64,000 bases of DNA from Azolla caroliniana (GCA_043228905.1 JBHGNT010000007.1:18414001-18478000); one strand, 5' to 3'. Positions 39,508-54,531 are shown, numbered from the stretch's first letter. The notes: generated by a model from the sequence alone, not told the origin. Numbers and translations are program-made.

Positions 39508-40820
39508 TGGTTCTGAGAGATTTCATGAGGAACGCAATAATAACGGTTCTGGCTGATTTCTGATGATAGTATTGGTACTTATCAATCTTGACTCCAATGT
39601 GCTTCTTGACATGAAAACAATCCGTTATCAAATATTTTGAGCTACATTTGAATGTTTTTTCCATACCTTTCACTGTGCATATAAATGCCATTGTATCAAA
39701 CAAATCATATTTGTACAGTTCTCCACACCCTATTGTATTATCATTCATATATGAACATGCCACTAGTGTATGTGTGGAAAATCATGTATTGGGGCTGAAT
39801 ATCGCCAAGTTCCATGCAACAATTTGTCCTTATCTCTTACATACTTCGAATGGAAAAGGTAGGAACTATATACATATGTGTTTGAATATATATATAATGG
39901 GAATTTTGTAGGCCTAATGAGTCTGAGGATGCTTGAAGAAGACCTCGATTTAATAGATTACATTACCATCCATCATGGAGACATGGGGAATGGAAATTGT
40001 CACTAATCCAATCTTTCATAAGAAGCCAATTAAAAATGATCATAAGTAAGCTAGATTCATTATTTGAAGACAAGACACATTACAGAAGAGGAGCATAAAG
40101 GTATAATTACACTTTGTATCCAGAAACATGTAACAAGATTTTCATTTGCTTGATTAGCTCTGATCACATGGGAGCCTAATTCCTTGCGAGGCTATCGCGA
40201 CCATAGCTATTAGGATTCCCATGAGAACATAGTTACCATTGAAGGACAATTGAATTAGAGGGGAAGCACATGATCAATCGGCATACTCGATTTAGCTATG
40301 GTTATAGGATTTCTTCCTTCAATTTATAGGGTTTATTAATTTTACAGTTGTTGAATGTGGGATAAGTTAAATGCCATTGTTTCCTGATGCATACAAGCAA
40401 GCCTAGTAGAACTAGTCGCTACAAATACTACTCAGAATTCATTGTCTGGTGCCAATTTCTCGCATTATATATCGATATGCTCCATACATGTATCTACTAC
40501 TAGCATTGATCACATTTTTCGTCTGATTTTCACTTGTAATACCAAGTTTAATGCAAAAAACTTGATGGTTGCAGCATGATTCCACTATAGTTCCGATCCT
40601 GATCTTCAAGGAATTGAGCTTCATATTGTGTGACATGCTAATGTTTCATTATGCAACCTAAGCACAGGCAGAGATGACAAAGTTTAATTGTGAGGCTCTT
40701 TGTGGTTCCAAATTTTGGGAGTTATTGATCCCTCATAGTGATCTCCATCTCCATGACATACAGTTAGTAGTAGTCCAATCAATCTTCTCCATACATAGAA
40801 TGAATGAGGCTATGGAAGGC

Positions 40821-40918
40821 AAAATAAGCTCAGAAATGGGTGCAATATATGTCTTCACTGGTAATCAAGTTAGTTCTGCAGCCGGGCATGGCTGCCATGC
40901 ACCGATCTCTTCATTGCT
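40821..40918 (-). ncRNA. Putative Pol III box C/D-like RNA, copy I
   Basis: USE 40975-40984, start at 66 bp; AATGAAGA, GCAGCC/GGCTGC hairpin, TTGA, GTGAAGA, CTGAGCTTATTTT. Confidence 0.62.
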
Positions 40919-41345
40919 GATCAAAATCCTTTGTTCTTGACTAATATATATGCTTGCTTTAATTTGAGACTTCTGAATGTGGGATAAATGTAGATAGGGA
41001 AGCCATTGTCTGGATGCACCTTCCACACACACTCTGCACTTTCTCAAGCCCTGAGTCTAAAAAGCTTTTCAACATTTCCTGTTTTTGCTATCTCATGGCT
41101 CAAGATCAGAGATTTGAACTAGTGATTATTGACAGTACAGCATATGCACTTTAATTTACATGTTATGTTTTGGTAAGTGTGTATGTATGTATGTATGTAT
41201 GTATGTATGTATGTCTACATGTACATGGTGCTGCTATGGATGTATAATATGTATGTCACATGTGTTTGAGATGTCCCACATGCAAAGACAGACAGAAACC
41301 CTAATGCAATATATAAAACTATGGGAGGGACATCCATTTCTCTTT

Positions 41346-41365
41346 GTCCCCTTCGGGGGGACATC
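41346..41365 (+). pseudogene. Truncated U6 (5' hairpin only) with USE+TATA
   Basis: GTCCCACATG at 41273, TATA ~41310, CTTT-GTCCCCTTCGGGGGGACATC, then non-U6 sequence. Confidence 0.75.
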
Positions 41366-44257
41366 ATTGGTTCATGGCATCGACATGTGAAGCAATTGTG
41401 AAATTTCTTTTGGTCGTTGATTGTAATATATGTCATGACAAATCAACTCTCCCCATCCCAATCTTCAAGGTACTCATGAGCTCAACACTATGACATGCTA
41501 ATGTTTCATTATGCAGCCTAAATCACTAATCGGATTGACTCTTCCCATCATGATGGTCAAGGAACTAAGCTTGATATTGTGACATGCTAATGTGTCATTA
41601 TAGAGGACAAAGTTTAAAATTGTGAGAGGTTTTCAATCGCTCCATTTGCTTGTGGTTCCAATTTGGGAGGTTTTTTATTCCTCGTTGTGATCTCCATCTT
41701 CATGGCTTCTTTTTTTCCAAAAACCATCTCCATGGCATTCAATAAGAGGACTTATGGTATGGAAAGGAATTTTTGGAAAAGTAAGAGAATAGGCTCAAAA
41801 ATTGATGATCCATACTTCTTCACCAATAATCAAGCTTTTGTTGCTAGGTCGCTATACATTATTCTCCTCATTGCTACTTATAAGCTGTATTTAGTTTGAG
41901 ATATTTGAATGTTGGATAAGTTAAACTCTTTGTTATTCGTTAGGAAGCCATTTTTTGGATGCACCTTCCATACCCTACACTTCTCAAGACATGAGTCTAA
42001 ATAGCTTTTTAGCAGTTTCTTCTTACTGATCTCGTGATTTAGATAATGAGAAAATAGCTCATGTTTTCTTATCTTCCATTTGAACTTAGCAAATAGATTT
42101 AAGGAAGCCATACCATAGTTTTTTGGGGGGGGCACCTACCCAATATGACAATCTAATTGAATTTTGGGATTTACATTTTATGCATGTGATTTTGAAGGCA
42201 AGTTAGTATACTTATATTCATTGTAGGTGCCAATTTAATAAGAACAAGTTAAATGAAACTTATTTCTACATTCTACCCTTTTTAATCTAGCATAGCCATA
42301 AACATGGCTAATTGAATTTTTTTGGGAGAATTTTCTCGTGACTCATGCACTCACATGGTCATCTTCCTTGTGATTCTAGGAATTTTTACGTGCTCTTCCT
42401 CTTCATGTGATAGCAACACACGAGCCTTTGTGTGGTGTAACACGTAAACCTTCTATGTGTCGCAACTACCAATATCCCTCGGCATTTGGAAACAACTTTA
42501 CCCAAAGGGCTTAAGATTCCATCCAACTAGGTACCTAGGGACTCGATATCATGATTTCGACTCCCCCCATCCATCCATTTTCTTTTACTTGTATTTTGTT
42601 GTCCAAGACTAAGATTTGTTATCTTAATAATTGTGCCACGAACCTCATGAAATCATCAAGACGTTCTGATGTTGAACACCACAATGTGAGGATCTCAAAT
42701 TCTGTCTCGCGAAAAATTAAGAGAATAATTCACGTAGATGCTTTTGTTGTGCATAATTAAGAGAATAGTGGGCAAAGCTCAAAAATGTGTGCACAACAGA
42801 AGCTCTTTTTATTTCAAGACCTTTTTATGTGGGATAAGTTAAACTTTTGTCATTAGTTAGGAACCCATTTTTTTAGATGCACCTTCCATACCTGACACTT
42901 CTCAAGATTTGAGTGTAAAGCTGTTTAATACGGTTAGATTACATGATGACACATTAGCTTCACACAATACCAAGCTTGATTCCTCGAAGAGATTGAACAA
43001 ACTTGATTGCTATCCACCTTCGTGACATATTTCTTATGAACTTATGACCAATTACCATAGCAGCTATCACAATTGTTTCATTTAATGTTGATCCAATGAA
43101 TCAATGTAGATTCAAAGCCCAAACACCTCTTCGTAGTATATACTAAATGCAAGAAGAAAGCATTGTGCACCTGTAGCTGTGAGAAATTTTGGAAGCTATG
43201 TTACACTTGGTTTTTCCACATTGAGTGGTTGTGGGATGTGGGTTTCAACAAACAAGCAACGAACTTTGTATCGATAATCTCAAGGCAACGATCATAAGGT
43301 CACATTCATGTGATCTTCATCTCTATCTTCATGTTCTTGTGTCGTTCCCAACATCTCCTCCCGTTGCTCCCAACTTCCTGAGTTTCTAGCCCCGTCACTT
43401 CCGGTTCCAAGTTTGTAGCCCGTCGCTCGTAGCCCCATCATCCATGCTCTATCCGAGTCCGTGGTTCGTGTGTCCATGATAGTAATGTTTCATTATGTAT
43501 CCTAACAATGAGTGGGCTAAAGGACCAATAAGTCACAAACAAAATGAGCCCAGAAATGGATGCAAAAGCATGTCTTCAAGCAATTACATAAGTAGAGGAT
43601 CAATAGATCAACAAGAAAATTGCAATACGGATGAGTAAACAAGTAATGCAATTTCATTCATTGAACAACTATGGTCACTATTGCCTATAGCCTTGTAAGG
43701 AATTTGAAATTTAGGTCTTTTGATGTCCCAATAATTATTAATAGAGCTTTTCTATCAGCGATAAATCATAGAGGAATCAAAATGCCTTGTTGAATGCAAA
43801 ATCACTAGGAGAACTTTCGAAAGAAGAACTAGAAAACAATTTAGGAAAACGAAGAGTAGCATAGCTTCTTGCATTTCTCAATTACATCCCTACAATGTGG
43901 CATTCTTGCATTGTGTGAATATGCACAAAAAATACAAAAGAGGTGCTTTCGACACATCAAGCAATTGTAAAGCTTCTTTTGATCGTTGCACAAGAAATCG
44001 CAAATCGATCAACTCTTCCGATCCGAACTGAACTTGAGATTGCGACACACGGAATGTTTCATTATGCAACCTAAGCATGGGCTCTATAGAGAGGACAAAG
44101 TTTAATAATTATGAGGTTTCATTTGCTCCATTTGTTTGTGGTATGAAAATTGGAAGGTCTTTCATTCCTCAATAGTTATCTCCATCTCCATTACATACAA
44201 GTTACTTAGTAGTAGTCCAATCAGTCTTCTCCATACATAGCAATAGTTATGGAAGGC

Positions 44258-44355
44258 AAAATAAGCTCAGAAATGTGTGCAATGTATCTTCACTAGTAAT
44301 CAAGGTAATTCTGCAGCCAGGCTTGGCTGCCATGCACTCTGATCTCTTCATTGCT
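44258..44355 (-). ncRNA. Putative Pol III box C/D-like RNA, copy L1
   Basis: USE 44412-44421, start at 66 bp, all boxes and a TTTT terminator present. Confidence 0.6.
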
Positions 44356-44769
44356 GATCAGAGTCCTTTGTTCTTGACTAATATATATGCTTGCTTTAAT
44401 TTGAGACTTCTGAATGTGGGATAAATGTAGATAGGGAAGCCATTGTCTGGATGCACCTTCCACACACACTCTGCACTTTCTCAAGACCTGAGTCTAAAAA
44501 GCTTTTCAACATTTCCTGTTTTTGCTATCTCATAGCTCAATATCAGAGATTTGAACTAGTGATTATTGACAGTACAGCATATGCACTTTAATTTACATGT
44601 TATGTTTTGGTAAGTGTATATGTATAATGTATGTATGTCTACATGTACATGGTGCTGCTATGGATGTATAATATGTATGTCACATGTGTTTGAGGTGTCC
44701 CACATGCAAAGACAGACAGAAACCCTAATGCAATATATAAAACTATGGGAGGGACATCCATTTCTCTTT

Positions 44770-44788
44770 GTCCCCTTCGGGGGACATC
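44770..44788 (+). pseudogene. Truncated U6 5' hairpin with promoter
   Basis: GTCCCCTTCGGGGGACATC; USE ~44698. Confidence 0.75.
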
Positions 44789-47680
44789 ATTGGTTCATGG
44801 CATCGACATGTGAAGCAATTGTGAAATTTCTTTTGGTCGTTGATCGTTATATATGTCATGACAAATCAACTCTCCCCATCCCAATCTTCAAGGTACTCAT
44901 GAGCTCAACACTATGACATGCTAATGTTTCATTATGCAGCCTAAATCACCAATCGGATTGACTCTTCCCATCATGATGGTCAAGGAACTAAGCTTGATAT
45001 TGTGACATGCTAATGTGTCATTATAGAGGACAAAGTTTAAAATTGTGAGAGGTTTTCAATCGCTCCATTTGCTTGTGGTTCCAATTTGGGAGGTTTTTTA
45101 TTCCTCGTTGTGATCTCCATCTTCATGGCTTCTTTTTTTCCAAAAACCATCTCCATGGCATTCAATAAGAGGACTTATGGTATGGAAAGGAATTTTTGGA
45201 AAAGTAAGAGAATAGGCTCAAAAATTGATGATCCATACTTCTTCACCAATAATCAAGCTTTTGTTGCTAGGTCGCTATACATTATTCTCCTCATTGCTAC
45301 TTATAAGCTGTATTTAGTTTGAGATATTTGAATGTTGGATAAGTTAAACTCTTTGTTATTCGTTAGGAAGCCATTTTTTGGATGCACCTTCCATACCCTA
45401 CACTTCTCAAGACATGAGTCTAAATAGCTTTTTAGCAGTTTCTTCTTACTGATCTCGTGATTTAGATAATGAGAAAATAGCTCATGTTTTCTTATCTTCC
45501 ATTTGAACTTAGCAAATAGATTTAAGGAAGCCATACCATAGTTTTTTGGGGGGGGCACCTACCCAATATGACAATCTAATTGAATTTTGGGATTTACATT
45601 TTATGCATGTGATTTTGAAGGCAAGTTAGTATACTTATATTCATTGTAGGTGCCAATTTAATAAGAACAAGTTAAATGAAACTTATTTCTACATTCTACC
45701 CTTTTTAATCTAGCATAGCCATAAACATGGCTAATTGAATTTTTTTGGGAGAATTTTCTCGTGACTCATGCACTCACATGGTCATCTTCCTTGTGATTCT
45801 AGGAATTTTTACGTGCTCTTCCTCTTCATGTGATAGCAACACACGAGCCTTTGTGTGGTGTAACACGTAAACCTTCTATGTGTCGCAACTACCAATATCC
45901 CTCGGCATTTGGAAACAACTTTACCCAAAGGGCTTAAGATTCCATCCAACTAGGTACCTAGGGACTCGATATCATGATTTCGACTCCCCCCATCCATCCA
46001 TTTTCTTTTACTTGTATTTTGTTGTCCAAGACTAAGATTTGTTATCTTAATAATTGTGCCACGAACCTCATGAAATCATCAAGACGTTCTGATGTTGAAC
46101 ACCACAATGTGAGGATCTCAAATTCTGTCTCGCGAAAAATTAAGAGAATAATTCACGTAGATGCTTTTGTTGTGCATAATTAAGAGAATAGTGGGCAAAG
46201 CTCAAAAATGTGTGCACAACAGAAGCTCTTTTTATTTCAAGACCTTTTTATGTGGGATAAGTTAAACTTTTGTCATTAGTTAGGAACCCATTTTTTTAGA
46301 TGCACCTTCCATACCTGACACTTCTCAAGATTTGAGTGTAAAGCTGTTTAATACGGTTAGATTACATGATGACACATTAGCTTCACACAATACCAAGCTT
46401 GATTCCTCGAAGAGATTGAACAAACTTGATTGCTATCCACCTTCGTGACATATTTCTTATGAACTTATGACCAATTACCATAGCAGCTATCACAATTGTT
46501 TCATTTAATGTTGATCCAATGAATCAATGTAGATTCAAAGCCCAAACACCTCTTCGTAGTATATACTAAATGCAAGAAGAAAGCATTGTGCACCTGTAGC
46601 TGTGAGAAATTTTGGAAGCTATGTTACACTTGGTTTTTCCACATTGAGTGGTTGTGGGATGTGGGTTTCAACAAACAAGCAACGAACTTTGTATCGATAA
46701 TCTCAAGGCAACGATCATAAGGTCACATTCATGTGATCTTCATCTCTATCTTCATGTTCTTGTGTCGTTCCCAACATCTCCTCCCGTTGCTCCCAACTTC
46801 CTGAGTTTCTAGCCCCGTCACTTCCGGTTCCAAGTTTGTAGCCCGTCGCTCGTAGCCCCATCATCCATGCTCTATCCGAGTCCGTGGTTCGTGTGTCCAT
46901 GATAGTAATGTTTCATTATGTATCCTAACAATGAGTGGGCTAAAGGACCAATAAGTCACAAACAAAATGAGCCCAGAAATGGATGCAAAAGCATGTCTTC
47001 AAGCAATTACATAAGTAGAGGATCAATAGATCAACAAGAAAATTGCAATACGGATGAGTAAACAAGTAATGCAATTTCATTCATTGAACAACTATGGTCA
47101 CTATTGCCTATAGCCTTGTAAGGAATTTGAAATTTAGGTCTTTTGATGTCCCAATAATTATTAATAGAGCTTTTCTATCAGCGATAAATCATAGAGGAAT
47201 CAAAATGCCTTGTTGAATGCAAAATCACTAGGAGAACTTTCGAAAGAAGAACTAGAAAACAATTTAGGAAAACGAAGAGTAGCATAGCTTCTTGCATTTC
47301 TCAATTACATCCCTACAATGTGGCATTCTTGCATTGTGTGAATATGCACAAAAAATACAAAAGAGGTGCTTTCGACACATCAAGCAATTGTAAAGCTTCT
47401 TTTGATCGTTGCACAAGAAATCGCAAATCGATCAACTCTTCCGATCCGAACTGAACTTGAGATTGCGACACACGGAATGTTTCATTATGCAACCTAAGCA
47501 TGGGCTCTATAGAGAGGACAAAGTTTAATAATTATGAGGTTTCATTTGCTCCATTTGTTTGTGGTATGAAAATTGGAAGGTCTTTCATTCCTCAATAGTT
47601 ATCTCCATCTCCATTACATACAAGTTACTTAGTAGTAGTCCAATCAGTCTTCTCCATACATAGCAATAGTTATGGAAGGC

Positions 47681-47778
47681 AAAATAAGCTCAGAAATGTG
47701 TGCAATGTATCTTCACTAGTAATCAAGGTAATTCTGCAGCCAGGCTTGGCTGCCATGCACTCTGATCTCTTCATTGCT
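47681..47778 (-). ncRNA. Putative Pol III box C/D-like RNA, copy L2
   Basis: Array copy of L1 (+3423). Confidence 0.6.
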
Positions 47779-48192
47779 GATCAGAGTCCTTTGTTCTTGA
47801 CTAATATATATGCTTGCTTTAATTTGAGACTTCTGAATGTGGGATAAATGTAGATAGGGAAGCCATTGTCTGGATGCACCTTCCACACACACTCTGCACT
47901 TTCTCAAGACCTGAGTCTAAAAAGCTTTTCAACATTTCCTGTTTTTGCTATCTCATAGCTCAATATCAGAGATTTGAACTAGTGATTATTGACAGTACAG
48001 CATATGCACTTTAATTTACATGTTATGTTTTGGTAAGTGTATATGTATAATGTATGTATGTCTACATGTACATGGTGCTGCTATGGATGTATAATATGTA
48101 TGTCACATGTGTTTGAGGTGTCCCACATGCAAAGACAGACAGAAACCCTAATGCAATATATAAAACTATGGGAGGGACATCCATTTCTCTTT

Positions 48193-48211
48193 GTCCCCTT
48201 CGGGGGACATC
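48193..48211 (+). pseudogene. Truncated U6 5' hairpin with promoter
   Basis: Array copy (+3423). Confidence 0.75.
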
Positions 48212-51103
48212 ATTGGTTCATGGCATCGACATGTGAAGCAATTGTGAAATTTCTTTTGGTCGTTGATCGTTATATATGTCATGACAAATCAACTCTCCCC
48301 ATCCCAATCTTCAAGGTACTCATGAGCTCAACACTATGACATGCTAATGTTTCATTATGCAGCCTAAATCACCAATCGGATTGACTCTTCCCATCATGAT
48401 GGTCAAGGAACTAAGCTTGATATTGTGACATGCTAATGTGTCATTATAGAGGACAAAGTTTAAAATTGTGAGAGGTTTTCAATCGCTCCATTTGCTTGTG
48501 GTTCCAATTTGGGAGGTTTTTTATTCCTCGTTGTGATCTCCATCTTCATGGCTTCTTTTTTTCCAAAAACCATCTCCATGGCATTCAATAAGAGGACTTA
48601 TGGTATGGAAAGGAATTTTTGGAAAAGTAAGAGAATAGGCTCAAAAATTGATGATCCATACTTCTTCACCAATAATCAAGCTTTTGTTGCTAGGTCGCTA
48701 TACATTATTCTCCTCATTGCTACTTATAAGCTGTATTTAGTTTGAGATATTTGAATGTTGGATAAGTTAAACTCTTTGTTATTCGTTAGGAAGCCATTTT
48801 TTGGATGCACCTTCCATACCCTACACTTCTCAAGACATGAGTCTAAATAGCTTTTTAGCAGTTTCTTCTTACTGATCTCGTGATTTAGATAATGAGAAAA
48901 TAGCTCATGTTTTCTTATCTTCCATTTGAACTTAGCAAATAGATTTAAGGAAGCCATACCATAGTTTTTTGGGGGGGGCACCTACCCAATATGACAATCT
49001 AATTGAATTTTGGGATTTACATTTTATGCATGTGATTTTGAAGGCAAGTTAGTATACTTATATTCATTGTAGGTGCCAATTTAATAAGAACAAGTTAAAT
49101 GAAACTTATTTCTACATTCTACCCTTTTTAATCTAGCATAGCCATAAACATGGCTAATTGAATTTTTTTGGGAGAATTTTCTCGTGACTCATGCACTCAC
49201 ATGGTCATCTTCCTTGTGATTCTAGGAATTTTTACGTGCTCTTCCTCTTCATGTGATAGCAACACACGAGCCTTTGTGTGGTGTAACACGTAAACCTTCT
49301 ATGTGTCGCAACTACCAATATCCCTCGGCATTTGGAAACAACTTTACCCAAAGGGCTTAAGATTCCATCCAACTAGGTACCTAGGGACTCGATATCATGA
49401 TTTCGACTCCCCCCATCCATCCATTTTCTTTTACTTGTATTTTGTTGTCCAAGACTAAGATTTGTTATCTTAATAATTGTGCCACGAACCTCATGAAATC
49501 ATCAAGACGTTCTGATGTTGAACACCACAATGTGAGGATCTCAAATTCTGTCTCGCGAAAAATTAAGAGAATAATTCACGTAGATGCTTTTGTTGTGCAT
49601 AATTAAGAGAATAGTGGGCAAAGCTCAAAAATGTGTGCACAACAGAAGCTCTTTTTATTTCAAGACCTTTTTATGTGGGATAAGTTAAACTTTTGTCATT
49701 AGTTAGGAACCCATTTTTTTAGATGCACCTTCCATACCTGACACTTCTCAAGATTTGAGTGTAAAGCTGTTTAATACGGTTAGATTACATGATGACACAT
49801 TAGCTTCACACAATACCAAGCTTGATTCCTCGAAGAGATTGAACAAACTTGATTGCTATCCACCTTCGTGACATATTTCTTATGAACTTATGACCAATTA
49901 CCATAGCAGCTATCACAATTGTTTCATTTAATGTTGATCCAATGAATCAATGTAGATTCAAAGCCCAAACACCTCTTCGTAGTATATACTAAATGCAAGA
50001 AGAAAGCATTGTGCACCTGTAGCTGTGAGAAATTTTGGAAGCTATGTTACACTTGGTTTTTCCACATTGAGTGGTTGTGGGATGTGGGTTTCAACAAACA
50101 AGCAACGAACTTTGTATCGATAATCTCAAGGCAACGATCATAAGGTCACATTCATGTGATCTTCATCTCTATCTTCATGTTCTTGTGTCGTTCCCAACAT
50201 CTCCTCCCGTTGCTCCCAACTTCCTGAGTTTCTAGCCCCGTCACTTCCGGTTCCAAGTTTGTAGCCCGTCGCTCGTAGCCCCATCATCCATGCTCTATCC
50301 GAGTCCGTGGTTCGTGTGTCCATGATAGTAATGTTTCATTATGTATCCTAACAATGAGTGGGCTAAAGGACCAATAAGTCACAAACAAAATGAGCCCAGA
50401 AATGGATGCAAAAGCATGTCTTCAAGCAATTACATAAGTAGAGGATCAATAGATCAACAAGAAAATTGCAATACGGATGAGTAAACAAGTAATGCAATTT
50501 CATTCATTGAACAACTATGGTCACTATTGCCTATAGCCTTGTAAGGAATTTGAAATTTAGGTCTTTTGATGTCCCAATAATTATTAATAGAGCTTTTCTA
50601 TCAGCGATAAATCATAGAGGAATCAAAATGCCTTGTTGAATGCAAAATCACTAGGAGAACTTTCGAAAGAAGAACTAGAAAACAATTTAGGAAAACGAAG
50701 AGTAGCATAGCTTCTTGCATTTCTCAATTACATCCCTACAATGTGGCATTCTTGCATTGTGTGAATATGCACAAAAAATACAAAAGAGGTGCTTTCGACA
50801 CATCAAGCAATTGTAAAGCTTCTTTTGATCGTTGCACAAGAAATCGCAAATCGATCAACTCTTCCGATCCGAACTGAACTTGAGATTGCGACACACGGAA
50901 TGTTTCATTATGCAACCTAAGCATGGGCTCTATAGAGAGGACAAAGTTTAATAATTATGAGGTTTCATTTGCTCCATTTGTTTGTGGTATGAAAATTGGA
51001 AGGTCTTTCATTCCTCAATAGTTATCTCCATCTCCATTACATACAAGTTACTTAGTAGTAGTCCAATCAGTCTTCTCCATACATAGCAATAGTTATGGAA
51101 GGC

Positions 51104-51201
51104 AAAATAAGCTCAGAAATGTGTGCAATGTATCTTCACTAGTAATCAAGGTAATTCTGCAGCCAGGCTTGGCTGCCATGCACTCTGATCTCTTCATTGC
51201 T
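51104..51201 (-). ncRNA. Putative Pol III box C/D-like RNA, copy L3
   Basis: Array copy of L1 (+6846). Confidence 0.6.
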
Positions 51202-51615
51202 GATCAGAGTCCTTTGTTCTTGACTAATATATATGCTTGCTTTAATTTGAGACTTCTGAATGTGGGATAAATGTAGATAGGGAAGCCATTGTCTGGATGC
51301 ACCTTCCACACACACTCTGCACTTTCTCAAGACCTGAGTCTAAAAAGCTTTTCAACATTTCCTGTTTTTGCTATCTCATAGCTCAATATCAGAGATTTGA
51401 ACTAGTGATTATTGACAGTACAGCATATGCACTTTAATTTACATGTTATGTTTTGGTAAGTGTATATGTATAATGTATGTATGTCTACATGTACATGGTG
51501 CTGCTATGGATGTATAATATGTATGTCACATGTGTTTGAGGTGTCCCACATGCAAAGACAGACAGAAACCCTAATGCAATATATAAAACTATGGGAGGGA
51601 CATCCATTTCTCTTT

Positions 51616-51634
51616 GTCCCCTTCGGGGGACATC
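51616..51634 (+). pseudogene. Truncated U6 5' hairpin with promoter
   Basis: Array copy. Confidence 0.75.
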
Positions 51635-54531
51635 ATTGGTTCATGGCATCGACATGTGAAGCAATTGTGAAATTTCTTTTGGTCGTTGATCGTTATATAT
51701 GTCATGACAAATCAACTCTCCCCATCCCAATCTTCAAGGTACTCATGAGCTCAACACTATGACATGCTAATGTTTCATTATGCAGCCTAAATCACCAATC
51801 GGATTGACTCTTCCCATCATGATGGTCAAGGAACTAAGCTTGATATTGTGACATGCTAATGTGTCATTATAGAGGACAAAGTTTAAAATTGTGAGAGGTT
51901 TTCAATCGCTCCATTTGCTTGTGGTTCCAATTTGGGAGGTTTTTTATTCCTCGTTGTGATCTCCATCTTCATGGCTTCTTTTTTTCCAAAAACCATCTCC
52001 ATGGCATTCAATAAGAGGACTTATGGTATGGAAAGGAATTTTTGGAAAAGTAAGAGAATAGGCTCAAAAATTGATGATCCATACTTCTTCACCAATAATC
52101 AAGCTTTTGTTGCTAGGTCGCTATACATTATTCTCCTCATTGCTACTTATAAGCTGTATTTAGTTTGAGATATTTGAATGTTGGATAAGTTAAACTCTTT
52201 GTTATTCGTTAGGAAGCCATTTTTTGGATGCACCTTCCATACCCTACACTTCTCAAGACATGAGTCTAAATAGCTTTTTAGCAGTTTCTTCTTACTGATC
52301 TCGTGATTTAGATAATGAGAAAATAGCTCATGTTTTCTTATCTTCCATTTGAACTTAGCAAATAGATTTAAGGAAGCCATACCATAGTTTTTTGGGGGGG
52401 GCACCTACCCAATATGACAATCTAATTGAATTTTGGGATTTACATTTTATGCATGTGATTTTGAAGGCAAGTTAGTATACTTATATTCATTGTAGGTGCC
52501 AATTTAATAAGAACAAGTTAAATGAAACTTATTTCTACATTCTACCCTTTTTAATCTAGCATAGCCATAAACATGGCTAATTGAATTTTTTTGGGAGAAT
52601 TTTCTCGTGACTCATGCACTCACATGGTCATCTTCCTTGTGATTCTAGGAATTTTTACGTGCTCTTCCTCTTCATGTGATAGCAACACACGAGCCTTTGT
52701 GTGGTGTAACACGTAAACCTTCTATGTGTCGCAACTACCAATATCCCTCGGCATTTGGAAACAACTTTACCCAAAGGGCTTAAGATTCCATCCAACTAGG
52801 TACCTAGGGACTCGATATCATGATTTCGACTCCCCCCATCCATCCATTTTCTTTTACTTGTATTTTGTTGTCCAAGACTAAGATTTGTTATCTTAATAAT
52901 TGTGCCACGAACCTCATGAAATCATCAAGACGTTCTGATGTTGAACACCACAATGTGAGGATCTCAAATTCTGTCTCGCGAAAAATTAAGAGAATAATTC
53001 ACGTAGATGCTTTTGTTGTGCATAATTAAGAGAATAGTGGGCAAAGCTCAAAAATGTGTGCACAACAGAAGCTCTTTTTATTTCAAGACCTTTTTATGTG
53101 GGATAAGTTAAACTTTTGTCATTAGTTAGGAACCCATTTTTTTAGATGCACCTTCCATACCTGACACTTCTCAAGATTTGAGTGTAAAGCTGTTTAATAC
53201 GGTTAGATTACATGATGACACATTAGCTTCACACAATACCAAGCTTGATTCCTCGAAGAGATTGAACAAACTTGATTGCTATCCACCTTCGTGACATATT
53301 TCTTATGAACTTATGACCAATTACCATAGCAGCTATCACAATTGTTTCATTTAATGTTGATCCAATGAATCAATGTAGATTCAAAGCCCAAACACCTCTT
53401 CGTAGTATATACTAAATGCAAGAAGAAAGCATTGTGCACCTGTAGCTGTGAGAAATTTTGGAAGCTATGTTACACTTGGTTTTTCCACATTGAGTGGTTG
53501 TGGGATGTGGGTTTCAACAAACAAGCAACGAACTTTGTATCGATAATCTCAAGGCAACGATCATAAGGTCACATTCATGTGATCTTCATCTCTATCTTCA
53601 TGTTCTTGTGTCGTTCCCAACATCTCCTCCCGTTGCTCCCAACTTCCTGAGTTTCTAGCCCCGTCACTTCCGGTTCCAAGTTTGTAGCCCGTCGCTCGTA
53701 GCCCCATCATCCATGCTCTATCCGAGTCCGTGGTTCGTGTGTCCATGATAGTAATGTTTCATTATGTATCCTAACAATGAGTGGGCTAAAGGACCAATAA
53801 GTCACAAACAAAATGAGCCCAGAAATGGATGCAAAAGCATGTCTTCAAGCAATTACATAAGTAGAGGATCAATAGATCAACAAGAAAATTGCAATACGGA
53901 TGAGTAAACAAGTAATGCAATTTCATTCATTGAACAACTATGGTCACTATTGCCTATAGCCTTGTAAGGAATTTGAAATTTAGGTCTTTTGATGTCCCAA
54001 TAATTATTAATAGAGCTTTTCTATCAGCGATAAATCATAGAGGAATCAAAATGCCTTGTTGAATGCAAAATCACTAGGAGAACTTTCGAAAGAAGAACTA
54101 GAAAACAATTTAGGAAAACGAAGAGTAGCATAGCTTCTTGCATTTCTCAATTACATCCCTACAATGTGGCATTCTTGCATTGTGTGAATATGCACAAAAA
54201 ATACAAAAGAGGTGCTTTCGACACATCAAGCAATTGTAAAGCTTCTTTTGATCGTTGCACAAGAAATCGCAAATCGATCAACTCTTCCGATCCGAACTGA
54301 ACTTGAGATTGCGACACACGGAATGTTTCATTATGCAACCTAAGCATGGGCTCTATAGAGAGGACAAAGTTTAATAATTATGAGGTTTCATTTGCTCCAT
54401 TTGTTTGTGGTATGAAAATTGGAAGGTCTTTCATTCCTCAATAGTTATCTCCATCTCCATTACATACAAGTTACTTAGTAGTAGTCCAATCAGTCTTCTC
54501 CATACATAGAATGAATGAGGCTATGGAAGGC

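Noticed and set aside
40674-54347. Repeated short ORFs in the array (e.g. MEGKISSEMG, which looks LRR-like)
   Set aside because: Frames are not preserved among the diverged paralogues (frequent non-triplet indels and stops), and the ORFs overlap the ncRNA/promoter elements.
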